Shown here one piece after another: positions 51,212 through 60,869 of a stretch of 64,000 nt of DNA. The stretch is from Gammaproteobacteria bacterium (lineage in GTDB: Bacteria; Pseudomonadota; Gammaproteobacteria; UBA4575): contig OZ244850.1 of assembly GCA_965220895.1 (NCBI GenBank), positions 1,218,962 through 1,282,961 of the forward strand. The letters run 5' to 3'. Each line of letters opens with the position of its first letter. Position 1 is the first letter of the stretch. Both the position numbers and the translations under genes were made by a program. The notes under the pieces were generated by a model. It searched no databases. It saw only the letters and a program-made list of their open reading frames with translations, and was not told the origin of the DNA.

Positions 51212-51249
51212 TGCACTATATTAGTGCAATATTGCACCAAAACTGTACA
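51212..51249. promoter_or_regulatory. Tandem NtrC enhancer sites
   Basis: TGCACTATATTAGTGCA (51212-51228) and TGCACCAAAACTGTACA (51233-51249). Confidence 0.8.
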
Positions 51250-51301
51250 ATCCTCTACTGCGTGCGCGATTCGCACTGGTTGAAGCCCCCGATCTAGGGT
51301 A

Positions 51302-52237
51302 TCAGCCCAGGCTTTTTCCCTGAAGCATATCGGAGGACCAAGCCGAGGCCAGCTCCAGAAAGGCAAGGCATGCCGGGCTTTTGTACCCGCTTTTGTGCCA
51401 GATCATGCTGACGGTGTGATGTGGAAGCTCGGGCACCACGGCGATGGGATAAAGTCCGTCTTGCGTGTTGATGATCGTGCTGGGCAAGACCGTGGCAAGT
51501 GAGCCGAGCTCGACCAGCTCGATGATCACGGTCAGCGAATTGGTCTCGATCACGTTGCGGGGTTCGATGCCGCAATCATGGCAGTAGCGATCGATATGGT
51601 GTCGAAGGGCGAAGTCCGTATTGAGCTGGACCAAGGATTCCTTGCCAAAGTCCTGGGCACTGATCCGCTTTCTTTTCTGGGCATGCCTCGGATGCGCTTC
51701 GCCGACGGCGAGATAAAGGGCCTCCTCGAACAGGGTGAATGTCTCGGTATGGCCGGAATTTTCCTCGGAATGGTGCGGTTTGCTGAACGCGATCCCGATA
51801 TCGATCCGGGCTTCGGAGATGGCCGGTTCTATATCGTCCTGGGGCATGTCCAGCGTGCTCAGGGTGATGCCCGGGTACAACTGGTTGTAGCGGGACAGCA
51901 AGGAACAGGTCAGATAGTCGGTGATCGGGGTCCAGCCCAGTCGCAGGGAGCCGCGGCTGAGGTCCTGTACATCCTGAATTGCCCGCGTACCAATGTTCAG
52001 TTCTCCCCATGCGCGCCGCGCATGCCGGAGAAAAATTTTTCCGGCATCAGTCAGCTGTACAGTACGGCCTGAGCGGTCCAGCAAAGGAGATTGGAGGTAT
52101 TCTTCTAGTTGCTTGATTTGCTGGGATAAGGTTGGCTGGGAGACGTGCAGGGCTTCGGCCGCTCGCGTATAACTGCCATATTCTGATATCGCAATCAGGT
52201 ATTGAAGGGAGCGCGGAAAAATGTCTCGCCTATCCAT
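51302..52237 (-). CDS. cynR: CynR-like LysR-family regulator
   Basis: HTH SYTRAAEALHVSQPTLSQQIKQLE, DVQDLSRGSLRL, DIGIAF, DFALRHHIDRY; located between cynS and the scn operon. Confidence 0.85.
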   Translation of the reverse strand: MDRRDIFPRSLQYLIAISEYGSYTRAAEALHVSQPTLSQQIKQLEEYLQSPLLDRSGRTVQLTDAGKIFLRHARRAWGELNIGTRAIQDVQDLSRGSLRLGWTPITDYLTCSLLSRYNQLYPGITLSTLDMPQDDIEPAISEARIDIGIAFSKPHHSEENSGHTETFTLFEEALYLAVGEAHPRHAQKRKRISAQDFGKESLVQLNTDFALRHHIDRYCHDCGIEPRNVIETNSLTVIIELVELGSLATVLPSTIINTQDGLYPIAVVPELPHHTVSMIWHKSGYKSPACLAFLELASAWSSDMLQGKSLG

Positions 52238-52300
52238 AGTTAAACCCTATGAGTTTGATAAATATAAAGTCTTGGATTAATAACATAACTCCTTTAGACT
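52233..52300 (+). promoter_or_regulatory. LysR operator plus sigma70 promoter of the scn operon
   Basis: CATAG-N7-CTATG (52235-52251) overlapping the cynR start codon; TTGGAT-N17-TAGACT (52272-52300). Confidence 0.8.
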
Positions 52301-52430
52301 TGTCATTATCTCATATTACGACCCTATAAAATAAGTATATAAGAAAATACTGAAGTACCCCGAAACAACCAGCATGCAAGGTAGCGTGTTTGACATCCAG
52401 ATATGCAGAAAATAAGAGGAGTTCAAAGTC

Positions 52431-52862
52431 ATGCCATCTGATACCAGACAAAAAGTTTTGCGGCACATTGACATTGTTGGTCAATTGCAACCAGCTCTGC
52501 ATCAGCCGCAGCATGCCCCCCTTCCTACGGAGATCGATAACGCCCACTACAGGGCTTACATGAGGACTTCACACGATGTCGGTGGAGAGCCTGATGTGAC
52601 GATCCAGTGGCACGAAAAAGAAGAGGAACAGTGGGAATTGAACACCTACGTGACGTGCGAGTGTCTAGCATGGCGTGGCGTCTGGAATGCCGAGGAAAGA
52701 CGCCGCCGGCAGAATGTTGACCTGGGACAGACCCAGTACCTGGGCCTGCCTTATTACGGGCGTTGGCTGCTATCTGCTGCAAGGATCATGGTCGATAAAC
52801 AGCACATTACTCTCACGGAACTAATGGATAAGATTGATGAGGTTAAAAAGCGCTATGAGTAG
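52431..52862 (+). CDS. scnB: Thiocyanate hydrolase beta subunit
   Basis: QPALHQ..HAP.PTEI, HDVGGE, CECLAWRGVW.AEERRR.QN.D.GQT.YLG.PYYGRW. Confidence 0.93.
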   Translation: MPSDTRQKVLRHIDIVGQLQPALHQPQHAPLPTEIDNAHYRAYMRTSHDVGGEPDVTIQWHEKEEEQWELNTYVTCECLAWRGVWNAEERRRRQNVDLGQTQYLGLPYYGRWLLSAARIMVDKQHITLTELMDKIDEVKKRYE

Positions 52863-53208
52863 AGGTCATCATGCTGAGAAAGCCACTGGGAAAGGTGATC
52901 CACAATGTTTCCGGGGCGAGGCGACACCACCAAAATTCAAAGTCGGTGATCGAGTGCGGATCCGGGATTTGCCGGACATCTTCTACACCCGGTGCCAGGT
53001 GTATACACGGGGTGCAGAGGGAGTGGTGGCCGTTGTCACGCATGAAAGCCCCGCCCCTGAGGATGAGGCTTGGGACAATGTCGACAAGCCCGAGTGGTTC
53101 TACATTGTACGCTTCAAGCAAAAGGAACTCTGGCCCGAATATCCTGACGTTTATGAAAATGACACATTACAGACAGAATTTTCTGAGCGTTGGCTGGAGC
53201 TCGCATGA
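52855..53208 (+). CDS. scnA: Thiocyanate hydrolase alpha subunit
   Basis: HHA..ATG.GDPQCF, GDRVRIRDLPD.FYTR, ESPAPEDEA, LWPEY, NDTL.TE; ATG overlaps the scnB end. Confidence 0.93.
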   Translation: MSRGHHAEKATGKGDPQCFRGEATPPKFKVGDRVRIRDLPDIFYTRCQVYTRGAEGVVAVVTHESPAPEDEAWDNVDKPEWFYIVRFKQKELWPEYPDVYENDTLQTEFSERWLELA

Positions 53209-53256
53209 AACCGGCTGATTGGATCGACAAAGAGAATTGTATAGAGGGGAATAATC

Positions 53257-53949
53257 ATGGCAGATAAACATAAGCCTGCGCCTATGGTGGATGAAGTTAG
53301 CGACTTCGAGGTTCTGGAAGTCGCGGTTCGTGAGTTGGCCATTGAAAAGGGCCTTTTCAGTGCTGAGGACCATCGGCGTTTTGCAGAATTTGCGCACAGC
53401 ATAGGTCCACTGCCGGCCGCGCGGCTCGTGGCGAAGTCCTGGCTGGACCCTGAATTCAAGAAGCTGGCGCTGGAGGACGGGTTCACTGCGAGCAAGGAAG
53501 TGGGGATTGACTGGCTGAACCCAACGGGATTCGGGACTCCGAGTGACTACTGTGATTTGCGCGTGCTTGAGAACACTCCATCCGTGCATCATGTAGTGGT
53601 ATGCACGTTGTGTTCGTGTTACCCGAGGCCGATTTTGGGCCATTCCCCCGAGTGGTACAGGACTCCCAATTATCGTCGCAGACTGGTTCGCTGGCCACGT
53701 CAGGTGTTGTCAGAGTTTGGTCTGCAGATTCCAGCAGATGTCGAGGTGAGAGTTGAGGATTCCAACCAGAAGTGCCGTTTCATGGTCTTGCCAATGCGAC
53801 CTGAAGGTACCGAGGACTGGAGTGAAGACCAGCTCACTGAAATTGTGACGCGTGACTGCATGCTGGGAGTAGCCCTGCCACATCCGGAGCGCAAGGCCGA
53901 TGACAAACGGCCCGTGCACAAGGCAGCCAACCCGGTTCATGGGCACTAA
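53257..53949 (+). CDS. scnC: Thiocyanate hydrolase gamma subunit (Co-binding)
   Basis: KPAPMV.EV.DFE.LE.AVRELAIEKG, Co-type VCTLCSCYPRP, PEWYR.PNYRRRLVRWPR. Confidence 0.95.
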   Translation: MADKHKPAPMVDEVSDFEVLEVAVRELAIEKGLFSAEDHRRFAEFAHSIGPLPAARLVAKSWLDPEFKKLALEDGFTASKEVGIDWLNPTGFGTPSDYCDLRVLENTPSVHHVVVCTLCSCYPRPILGHSPEWYRTPNYRRRLVRWPRQVLSEFGLQIPADVEVRVEDSNQKCRFMVLPMRPEGTEDWSEDQLTEIVTRDCMLGVALPHPERKADDKRPVHKAANPVHGH

Positions 53950-53958
53950 AGTGACAGC

Positions 53959-54348
53959 GTGATGGACAGCCAGGAAAAAAATGATGGGACTGTCTCGGTG
54001 AGCCAGGAGCCGGAATTTTCTTCGGTTTCGCTGCTGGAGAAGGTCCGCAAGCAGGGAAGGGTCTGGGAGGATTTGGCCAAGAAGTACGGTGTGGATAATC
54101 CTGATCCCCCCTGGAAGATCAATCTGGACTCAACCTGCGAGGCACTTTCCGCTGAGCAGTGCGCACTTCCTGTATTGGAGCGCAGGACTGAGGAGGATGT
54201 GCTCTCCGAGAGCCTGTATCAAGATGTTCCTTATCCGGAGCGTCAGCTGCTGGCTCTTGCCCATTCGATGATTGAGCGTGGATTGATTGATGAAGATGAA
54301 CTGGCACTTCGCATGAAGTTTGTCAGCAAGCGTCTCAACGGTGCCTGA
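53959..54348 (+). CDS. Probable SCNase activator/metallochaperone (P15K-like)
   Basis: About 15 kDa, directly after scnC; C-terminus (PYPERQLLALAHSMIERGLIDEDEL) resembles the NHase-beta helical region. Confidence 0.72.
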   Translation: MMDSQEKNDGTVSVSQEPEFSSVSLLEKVRKQGRVWEDLAKKYGVDNPDPPWKINLDSTCEALSAEQCALPVLERRTEEDVLSESLYQDVPYPERQLLALAHSMIERGLIDEDELALRMKFVSKRLNGA

Positions 54349-54422
54349 TGATATGCATGCGGTCAGGCAGAGTACAGGGTGAGTGCATGACAGATAGACG
54401 GTGATACTAAGGACGATAGCCG

Positions 54423-54785
54423 ATGGCAAATATATTCATGAAGTCTTCATGGGGGAGCGATGACCCGACACGGGCGGCAATGGTTTTCGGGCATGCGAAT
54501 GCCCTGGCAAGTGCAGGCCATGAGGTACGGATATTCCTACTCGGTGAGGCCGTTTGCCTGGCACGCCCTGTGGTTCGTGAGAACATGGTTCCACTGGGTT
54601 GGCCGTCTGTCGCCGAACAGTGGGATGAAGCCATTGGGAATGGTGTACGCATTGAATGCTGTGGCGCATGTTCCAGAGCTAGGGGCGTGAGTGAAGACGA
54701 CATGGCGAAAGCTGGAGCCCAGCCTGGTAATCCCACCACCTTCGTGGAAAGTGTTGAATGGTCCGACAAGATTATCGCGGAATGA
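54423..54785 (+). CDS. DsrE/DsrF-family protein
   Basis: V.IFLLGEAV, CCGACSRARG, WSDKII. Confidence 0.85.
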   Translation: MANIFMKSSWGSDDPTRAAMVFGHANALASAGHEVRIFLLGEAVCLARPVVRENMVPLGWPSVAEQWDEAIGNGVRIECCGACSRARGVSEDDMAKAGAQPGNPTTFVESVEWSDKIIAE

Positions 54786-54913
54786 AAGATGACAGTGGCC
54801 AGAACAGATCAGATCCGACCCTTGCCTAATCTTTTGTTCCGTGTATGCGTGTAAGACAGATGAAGCGGCAAGCTACAGAAGATGAAGACCGACCGTAGAG
54901 GCAGAGAACATAT

Positions 54914-55744
54914 ATGGAAAGACGCACCGGCGTACGCATCGATATTGGCGACCTTACCCATCGCTATTCCGCGAAAGCCCCGATTACCTTTGAGCAAGTT
55001 AATATCACGGCGGAACCCGGCGAAGCATTGGTTGTCATTGGTCGGTCCGGTTGCGGGAAATCAACGCTTCTGCATATCTTGGCCGGCCTGCTGGAAAAAA
55101 CCAGCGGCGTTGTACAACTGGACGGAAAAGATGTTACGGAGCCCTCCTCACATTGGATAATGATGTTTCAAGCACCGCATCTTTTTCCCTGGATGACGGT
55201 AGAACAGAACGTTGGCACAGGCCTGCGCTTTGCGCGTTGGTCGGAGGAGAAAATGAAAAAACGGGTGGCCGAGGTGATTAATCTCGTACACCTTGATGAA
55301 TTTGCGCAGAACAACACGCAAGACCTCTCCGGTGGTCAGCAACAGCGTGTTGCGCTTGCTCGCTCTCTGGTGATGGAACCTGATCTATTGCTACTGGATG
55401 AGCCATTTTCGGCACTGGATGCCTTCACGCGAGCAACACTGCAAAAAGATGTAAGAGCGATCTCGAAACAGTTGGGATTTAACCTGGTGATGGTCACCCA
55501 CGATATCGATGAGGCAGTCATTATGGCCGATCGTGCATTGGTCATGGCGGGTTCGCCCGGCAAGATTGTCCATGACTTTAAGGTGGATCTGGATGATCCG
55601 CGAGAAAGGCAGGATCCCGAGGTTCAGGCAATGCGTGCTAAACTGATGGAGATATTTCATCAGGCGGCAGGTGTGCCTGTTGACAGTTCCAATGAGGAAG
55701 GAGACGACGCCGGTCAACCGGATGTTGAACTGGCAGGCAACTAG
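54914..55744 (+). CDS. ABC transporter ATP-binding subunit (NrtD/SsuB type)
   Basis: GRSGCGKS, LSGGQQQR, LLDEPFSALD, VTHD. Confidence 0.93.
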   Translation: MERRTGVRIDIGDLTHRYSAKAPITFEQVNITAEPGEALVVIGRSGCGKSTLLHILAGLLEKTSGVVQLDGKDVTEPSSHWIMMFQAPHLFPWMTVEQNVGTGLRFARWSEEKMKKRVAEVINLVHLDEFAQNNTQDLSGGQQQRVALARSLVMEPDLLLLDEPFSALDAFTRATLQKDVRAISKQLGFNLVMVTHDIDEAVIMADRALVMAGSPGKIVHDFKVDLDDPRERQDPEVQAMRAKLMEIFHQAAGVPVDSSNEEGDDAGQPDVELAGN

Positions 55745-55808
55745 AATAATATCTGAAAGTGCACTTCAGACCTATTAACTACGAGAGTAACGATTGAGGA
55801 ATTCCGAC

Positions 55809-57101
55809 ATGAAGAAAATTTACGACAAACATGGCGACGGGATACAGACCGATGATCCCAGGCTCGCCATAGAGTACGACCCGCTGTTCAAGGGGGTGCT
55901 AGGTACCGGTATCAACCGGCGTGAATTGCTGCAGGTGGGAGGCCTGGCTGCTCTGGGAGGTGGAGCCGGTGCCTTGCCGATGCCTACCTTCGCTAAGAAA
56001 AAGTGGGACCCGGTTATCAAGATTGGGTACATCCCCATCACGGATGCAGCCGCACTCCTTATCGCCCATGATCTGGGCTATTTCAAGGATGAAGGCATTG
56101 ATTCTGTGAAGCCGACACTGATTCGTGGCTGGTCGCCACTGGTGGAAGCCTTTGCAGCGCATCGCTTCAACCTGACGCATATGTTGATACCGATTCCGGT
56201 ATGGATGCGCTACAACAACAAGTACCCGATCAAGATCACAGCTTGGGACCACACTAACGGGTCTGCTGTGCTGGTGGGTAAGAAAAGCGGTATCAATGAG
56301 CCGAAGGACTTTGGTGGCAAGCAGTTTGCTGTACCGTACTGGTACTCGATCCACAACATTGTTTCGCAAAGGATCATGAAAGCGGCCGGCATCAAGCCGG
56401 TCATCAGACCCCAATCTGCGAAGCTGGCGGATGACGAGTGCAACTTCCTCGTCTTGGCGCCGCCCTCCATGCCGCCTGCGCTGGCAGCGGGAACCATTGA
56501 CGGCTACTGTGTGGCTGAACCTTTCAACGCTTTGGGTGAGCTCAAGGCGGGTGGAAAGGTACTGCGCTTCACCGGGGATGCCTGGAAAGGACACCCCTGC
56601 TGCGTCGTTGTGATGCATGAAGAAGACGCCATGGACCCGGATCGTGCTGCTTGGGCCCAGGGGGTACACAACGCAGTGGTCAGGGCGCAGATCACACTCG
56701 CTGAGAACCGGGAGTCAATGTCTGAGCGGCTTTCACGTGACGGCAAGGGTTACCTGCCGGTACCGAAAGAAGTCGTAAAACGGGCAATGATGTTCTACGA
56801 CCCCGCTTATTACAAGAATCCGCCTGCCATCAAGCATCCGGAATGGGGACAGAACAGGATTGACTTCCAGGCATGGCCGTATCGCTCGGCCACGGAACTC
56901 GTGGTCAGTGACCTCAAGGAAACTGTGGTCACAGGTGATGCGCGATTCCTGGAGACGCTCACTCCACAGCATGTTTCCGACGATCTGGTCAATTATGACT
57001 ATGTGAAGAATGCGCTGGAAGCGAATCCGAAATGGAGAAATGATGCGAGCGTGCCGCAAGAAGGCGATCCGTACATTCGATCCGAGGTGTTCGTACTTTG
57101 A
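55809..57101 (+). CDS. NrtA/CmpA-like anion-binding protein, Tat-exported
   Basis: NRRELLQ twin-arginine signal, IGYIPITDAAALL, FAVPYWYSIHN, VAEPFN, HPCC. Confidence 0.88.
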   Translation: MKKIYDKHGDGIQTDDPRLAIEYDPLFKGVLGTGINRRELLQVGGLAALGGGAGALPMPTFAKKKWDPVIKIGYIPITDAAALLIAHDLGYFKDEGIDSVKPTLIRGWSPLVEAFAAHRFNLTHMLIPIPVWMRYNNKYPIKITAWDHTNGSAVLVGKKSGINEPKDFGGKQFAVPYWYSIHNIVSQRIMKAAGIKPVIRPQSAKLADDECNFLVLAPPSMPPALAAGTIDGYCVAEPFNALGELKAGGKVLRFTGDAWKGHPCCVVVMHEEDAMDPDRAAWAQGVHNAVVRAQITLAENRESMSERLSRDGKGYLPVPKEVVKRAMMFYDPAYYKNPPAIKHPEWGQNRIDFQAWPYRSATELVVSDLKETVVTGDARFLETLTPQHVSDDLVNYDYVKNALEANPKWRNDASVPQEGDPYIRSEVFVL

Positions 57102-57952
57102 GTAACGGCAAAGCGGATGTGGTGGATGTCGATGCGGGCGCTTCCGCATCGTCGCTGAAGGCTGCGCAAAACGCGAAAAAAGCCAAGTCGCTGGGCAAGA
57201 GCCTGTTCAACTGGGCTGCTGGCCTGGCGATCCTTTTCGTGCTTTGGTGGTTTGGCGGGTATCTCATTGAGATCAATCCCGATACCACGAACTTCAGTGA
57301 CTTTGGGCCGATCCCGACGTTTAAGGCATTTCCGGAACTGTTTGCAATTGGTAAGATCCAGGCAGCGGTCATAACCAGTGGCTATCGTCTGGGGGCAGGA
57401 CTGCTCATTGCCATTGTCGTTGGGATACCCATTGGAATCCTGCTTGGACGTAGCACGGTCTTTCGTGAGCTCAGCAATTCGCCATTTCAGTTGATCCGTA
57501 TGATCAGCCCGCTTTCCTGGGAGCCCATTGCCGTGATCGTGTTTGCCACCTGGAACGGGGCAATCGTATTCCTGATCGCGGTCGCCGCGGTCTGGCCCGT
57601 CGTCTTTGCTACGGCAGCCGGTCTGGCGAAGGTGGACCCTGCCTGGTTCAAGGTGGCCCGTAACCTGGGTGCCAAGCCCTGGCACATGGTGACGGAAATC
57701 ATCCTGCCAGCCATCATGTTCGATATCCTGACGGGCGTACGGCTCGCTCTGGGTGTTGGATGGATTGTGCTGGTACCGGCAGAGTTTCTCGGGGTGACCT
57801 CGGGACTTGGCTACTCCATTGCGGATGCCAGGGAGACACTCTCGTATGACCATTTGACGGCGATGGTGCTGACCATCGGGATCATGGGCTACATACTTGA
57901 CAGTTCCTGTGCGATGTTGATCAAGCGCTACAGCTGGCACCACGGAAGATAA
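57098..57952 (+). CDS. ABC transporter permease (NrtB/SsuC type)
   Basis: RMISPLSW, EAA-like ARNLGA, WIVLVPAE.LG..SGLGY. Confidence 0.9.
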   Translation: MSNGKADVVDVDAGASASSLKAAQNAKKAKSLGKSLFNWAAGLAILFVLWWFGGYLIEINPDTTNFSDFGPIPTFKAFPELFAIGKIQAAVITSGYRLGAGLLIAIVVGIPIGILLGRSTVFRELSNSPFQLIRMISPLSWEPIAVIVFATWNGAIVFLIAVAAVWPVVFATAAGLAKVDPAWFKVARNLGAKPWHMVTEIILPAIMFDILTGVRLALGVGWIVLVPAEFLGVTSGLGYSIADARETLSYDHLTAMVLTIGIMGYILDSSCAMLIKRYSWHHGR

Positions 57953-58014
57953 GCAAATACCAAACGAACACTAATTAATTTGCTGATTTAACTAAATCGA
58001 GGAAAAAGATAACC

Positions 58015-58212
58015 ATGCAAAATCAGATAGCAAGCAGTGTAAAACTGCATGATGGAACGATTTCCAAGGCAACACGGCGTCCGTTGTTACAGATTGCCGC
58101 TGCCTTTTTGTTGGGCGCCGTAATCTTGTACGGTGTAGGCTTTGCACATTCGGCCGCGGTGCACAATGCGGCCCATGATGTTCGCCATACCCAAGCCTTC
58201 CCTTGCCACTAG
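58015..58212 (+). CDS. cbtB: Second CbtB-family cobalt-binding membrane peptide
   Basis: TM helix plus VGFA....HNAAHDVRHTQAFPCH. Confidence 0.88.
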   Translation: MQNQIASSVKLHDGTISKATRRPLLQIAAAFLLGAVILYGVGFAHSAAVHNAAHDVRHTQAFPCH

Positions 58213-59045
58213 GCATTAGGGGAAATATCACAGGAAACTGCTGAGAATTCCTCTCGATGGCTTGGCCCACGGTCAGGATGACCTCGGGCCAAGCCTGTGT
58301 TTTTTAGCTGGCTTGTAAATACAGGTCGGCATCCTTGCGCTATAAATCCTGATCGGACGAAGGTCCGTCTTACTGTCAGAAAATCCACCTGTGCTGAGGC
58401 AGGGTGGGGGGTAGCTTGGTATGACGAAAACAGTACGGGCATCCTGACAGCCATCGGCACAAGCTGGTATGGCAGCTCTCCATGAGTGTGCCCACCAAGG
58501 TCGTGAACCGCTTGCTGAGTGCCCTGCCCTTAAGCAACGCACCTTTTGCATTCTGTAAACCTCAGCATGCCTGCAGTGGATGCACAGGTAATGCCCCCCG
58601 GCCATCGTGCATTAATCAGGTATTTGCAGGGAAGCAGCTTGGTCAGGGAATTGCTCAAGAAACTCAAGGGCCTTGGGTCCCTAATCGTGGGGACAGTGGG
58701 GACAGCGTCCATGGGTCACTGAACAAACCAGGGTACGGTGGTTGCAATGAATTTCGGGAACGTAACATCTGCCGCCAGTTGGGATCAGCATCCAAAGAAG
58801 TATTAAGGGCATAACCGCAATGGTGAACGCCAGCCCTGAAGCCAACCACGCGAGATCAACGGATTAGGTATAACGCGTAGTGCGTGAAGGTCTGATGAGG
58901 GTTCCTGGCATTTGTGAATAGTATGCGCATATTGTCGACAATTCACCTGTACATGGCCTGTTTGGTGGCACTGCGCTGTTATTTAGGGATGAGTTTCACT
59001 CAATGATTTACGCAAGGAATAGCAACTGGCGATAGACCTTCACAC

Positions 59046-59075
59046 AAAAAAAGAGGGGTGCAATTTGCACCCCTC
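59046..59075 (-). terminator. Rho-independent terminator of the porin gene
   Basis: Minus strand GAGGGGTGC-AAATT-GCACCCCTC followed by TTTTTTT. Confidence 0.85.
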
Positions 59076-59122
59076 GGTTTGGTGTAAGTTTGCCTTCCAG
59101 TGAAGGCTACGTACTACGGTAG

Positions 59123-60721
59123 TTATTTGAAGCGATATTGGAGCAGTGTCCAAAACTTCTTGGTGTCCGTAGAGAACCCGTCCTCACTTTCGAAGTCCGT
59201 GTACTTGATTGCGAACAGGAATTTACCCTTAAAGGGTTTACCCCACAGTATGCCCCATTCATCTCCATAATCAGAAATGCGGTTGCCTCCTGACATGTAG
59301 GATCGGTCCGTGCTGTAGTCGTGATAATTGATGACGAGCTTGTTCTTGCCAATTTTGTTGCCCATAAGACCCAAAATTGTCAGGGTCACGCTGGTGTCCT
59401 CGATGCCACCAAGAGGGGTTGCCGAGCCACCAGGAGCGGCTACAAACTTATCAGCCCAGCCATTGAAGGCATGCACTGTAGCCAAAGGGGTTTGTATTGC
59501 ATTGTTGCCGTTACTCTCCAAGACCTCGTAACCGACTCTTATCTGGTAGGTAGGCTCGCCAATGGGCATGAAGCCTAGGTTATCTACCCGTGTGCCGCCA
59601 AACCTGATCCCGAACTCAATATTGTAATAATCATTGTCGTCCAGTTTCTGCATGGTCTGCACATTGACACCTGCATCGTCAGTTGGGTCCTGGTTCGCAT
59701 ACTCTAGCTCACTCTGGATATCCAACGTGTCACTGAATTCGTGCCTGCCGGTAAAGCGTACACCGTAGGTCTCCGAATCAAAAATTACGGGACCAATGAA
59801 AGATGGTGCCATGCCTGTACCTTCAGGGAACGGGGTACGGGGATTATCATCAAAATCCAGCAGATAGCCGTAGGCGACCAGTTTGCCATTGAATTGCGGG
59901 AGCTTGTAGGAAATATTGATGAGGTGGGAGTCGTCCATTTTCCATTCATCAAAAATTGAATCTGGACCAAATAGTCGCTTTACCTTGTCAAGATAGGTAT
60001 AAGAGATCCCAAGTTTTCCGAGCGTCTTATCTACCCTGAATGCGTCCATAGCAACGTTGTTTCCACGCCAGATCACATCACCAACCCACCGGTGGTTGTC
60101 ATAAATGACAGTTTGCCGTCCCAATTTAAACGACAAGGGACCATCGCAAGGACCCGGTGCACTAGGACAGCCGCCCGTTGGTGCACGCCATCCGATATAG
60201 GCTTCATTGATTTCTTCAAAATCATTGTCCGGGATAATGCCATAACCCTCAATATAACGGTTCATCGCTGGTAGGTTACCCCGTATAGGCGCTGGTATTC
60301 CTCCTATTCCGCCTACAGCACCGACGTTGGGAGGCACAGTAAAATCACCATCAAGATTTAGTGCCCTGTCCGAGTTCAGGACGTCGTTCACCTCCCCTTC
60401 GATCCGGGCATAAAAACCATGGAGGCGGCCTGTGGTATAGCCCAGCGCATTGCGCAAGACAATCATGTCGGCCTTGTCGGTGTCAGAAAGAGGGTGTCCA
60501 CTCGCAAAATCATCCTCCACGCTCTCATAACGTATGCGTGACCAGAAATCGAAACGGCCATTGGTTAATGCTTCACCAAGGTTTGTGTGGTCCGGCGTCA
60601 TTTTGTGATGGGGGTTATGATGGGTGTTGGGGACATCCGGCAAGCCCACCGCTCCGACACCCTGCGCAAGCACTAGAATGGCTGCGGCCATGAGACATGG
60701 CAGAGGTTTAAAGTTGACCAT
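59123..60721 (-). CDS. Alginate-export (AlgE-like) family outer-membrane porin
   Basis: Signal peptide, RIRYESV, KLGRQ.V.YDNHRWVG.V.WR, QTPLATVHAFNGWADKF, DTKKFW..LQYRF; SD GGAGGAG. Confidence 0.85.
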   Translation of the reverse strand: MVNFKPLPCLMAAAILVLAQGVGAVGLPDVPNTHHNPHHKMTPDHTNLGEALTNGRFDFWSRIRYESVEDDFASGHPLSDTDKADMIVLRNALGYTTGRLHGFYARIEGEVNDVLNSDRALNLDGDFTVPPNVGAVGGIGGIPAPIRGNLPAMNRYIEGYGIIPDNDFEEINEAYIGWRAPTGGCPSAPGPCDGPLSFKLGRQTVIYDNHRWVGDVIWRGNNVAMDAFRVDKTLGKLGISYTYLDKVKRLFGPDSIFDEWKMDDSHLINISYKLPQFNGKLVAYGYLLDFDDNPRTPFPEGTGMAPSFIGPVIFDSETYGVRFTGRHEFSDTLDIQSELEYANQDPTDDAGVNVQTMQKLDDNDYYNIEFGIRFGGTRVDNLGFMPIGEPTYQIRVGYEVLESNGNNAIQTPLATVHAFNGWADKFVAAPGGSATPLGGIEDTSVTLTILGLMGNKIGKNKLVINYHDYSTDRSYMSGGNRISDYGDEWGILWGKPFKGKFLFAIKYTDFESEDGFSTDTKKFWTLLQYRFK

Positions 60722-60869
60722 GGTTTTACTCCTCCCTTGCAAGGGTTTTGGCCAGATTGTCCTTGAGTAACCCGGCCATAACAGTTTCAGGACCCTGAAT
60801 TATAAGTTTTAAGCCTACTCCCTTCACATAAGCTTAATAATCTATCTATAGTAAATAATTGCTTTCCCG

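Noticed and set aside
52431-53949. Nitrile hydratase or thiocyanate dehydrogenase
   Set aside because: The split beta subunit, the B-A-C gene order and the specific motifs match thiocyanate hydrolase; no beta-propeller copper enzyme gene is present.
58213-59040. Genes or a pseudogene between cbtB-2 and the porin terminator (minus-strand fragments ...GRCPHCPHD and GGHTHGE)
   Set aside because: Short, stop-interrupted fragments in different frames with no convincing family match; possibly a decayed gene, but tBLASTx is needed.
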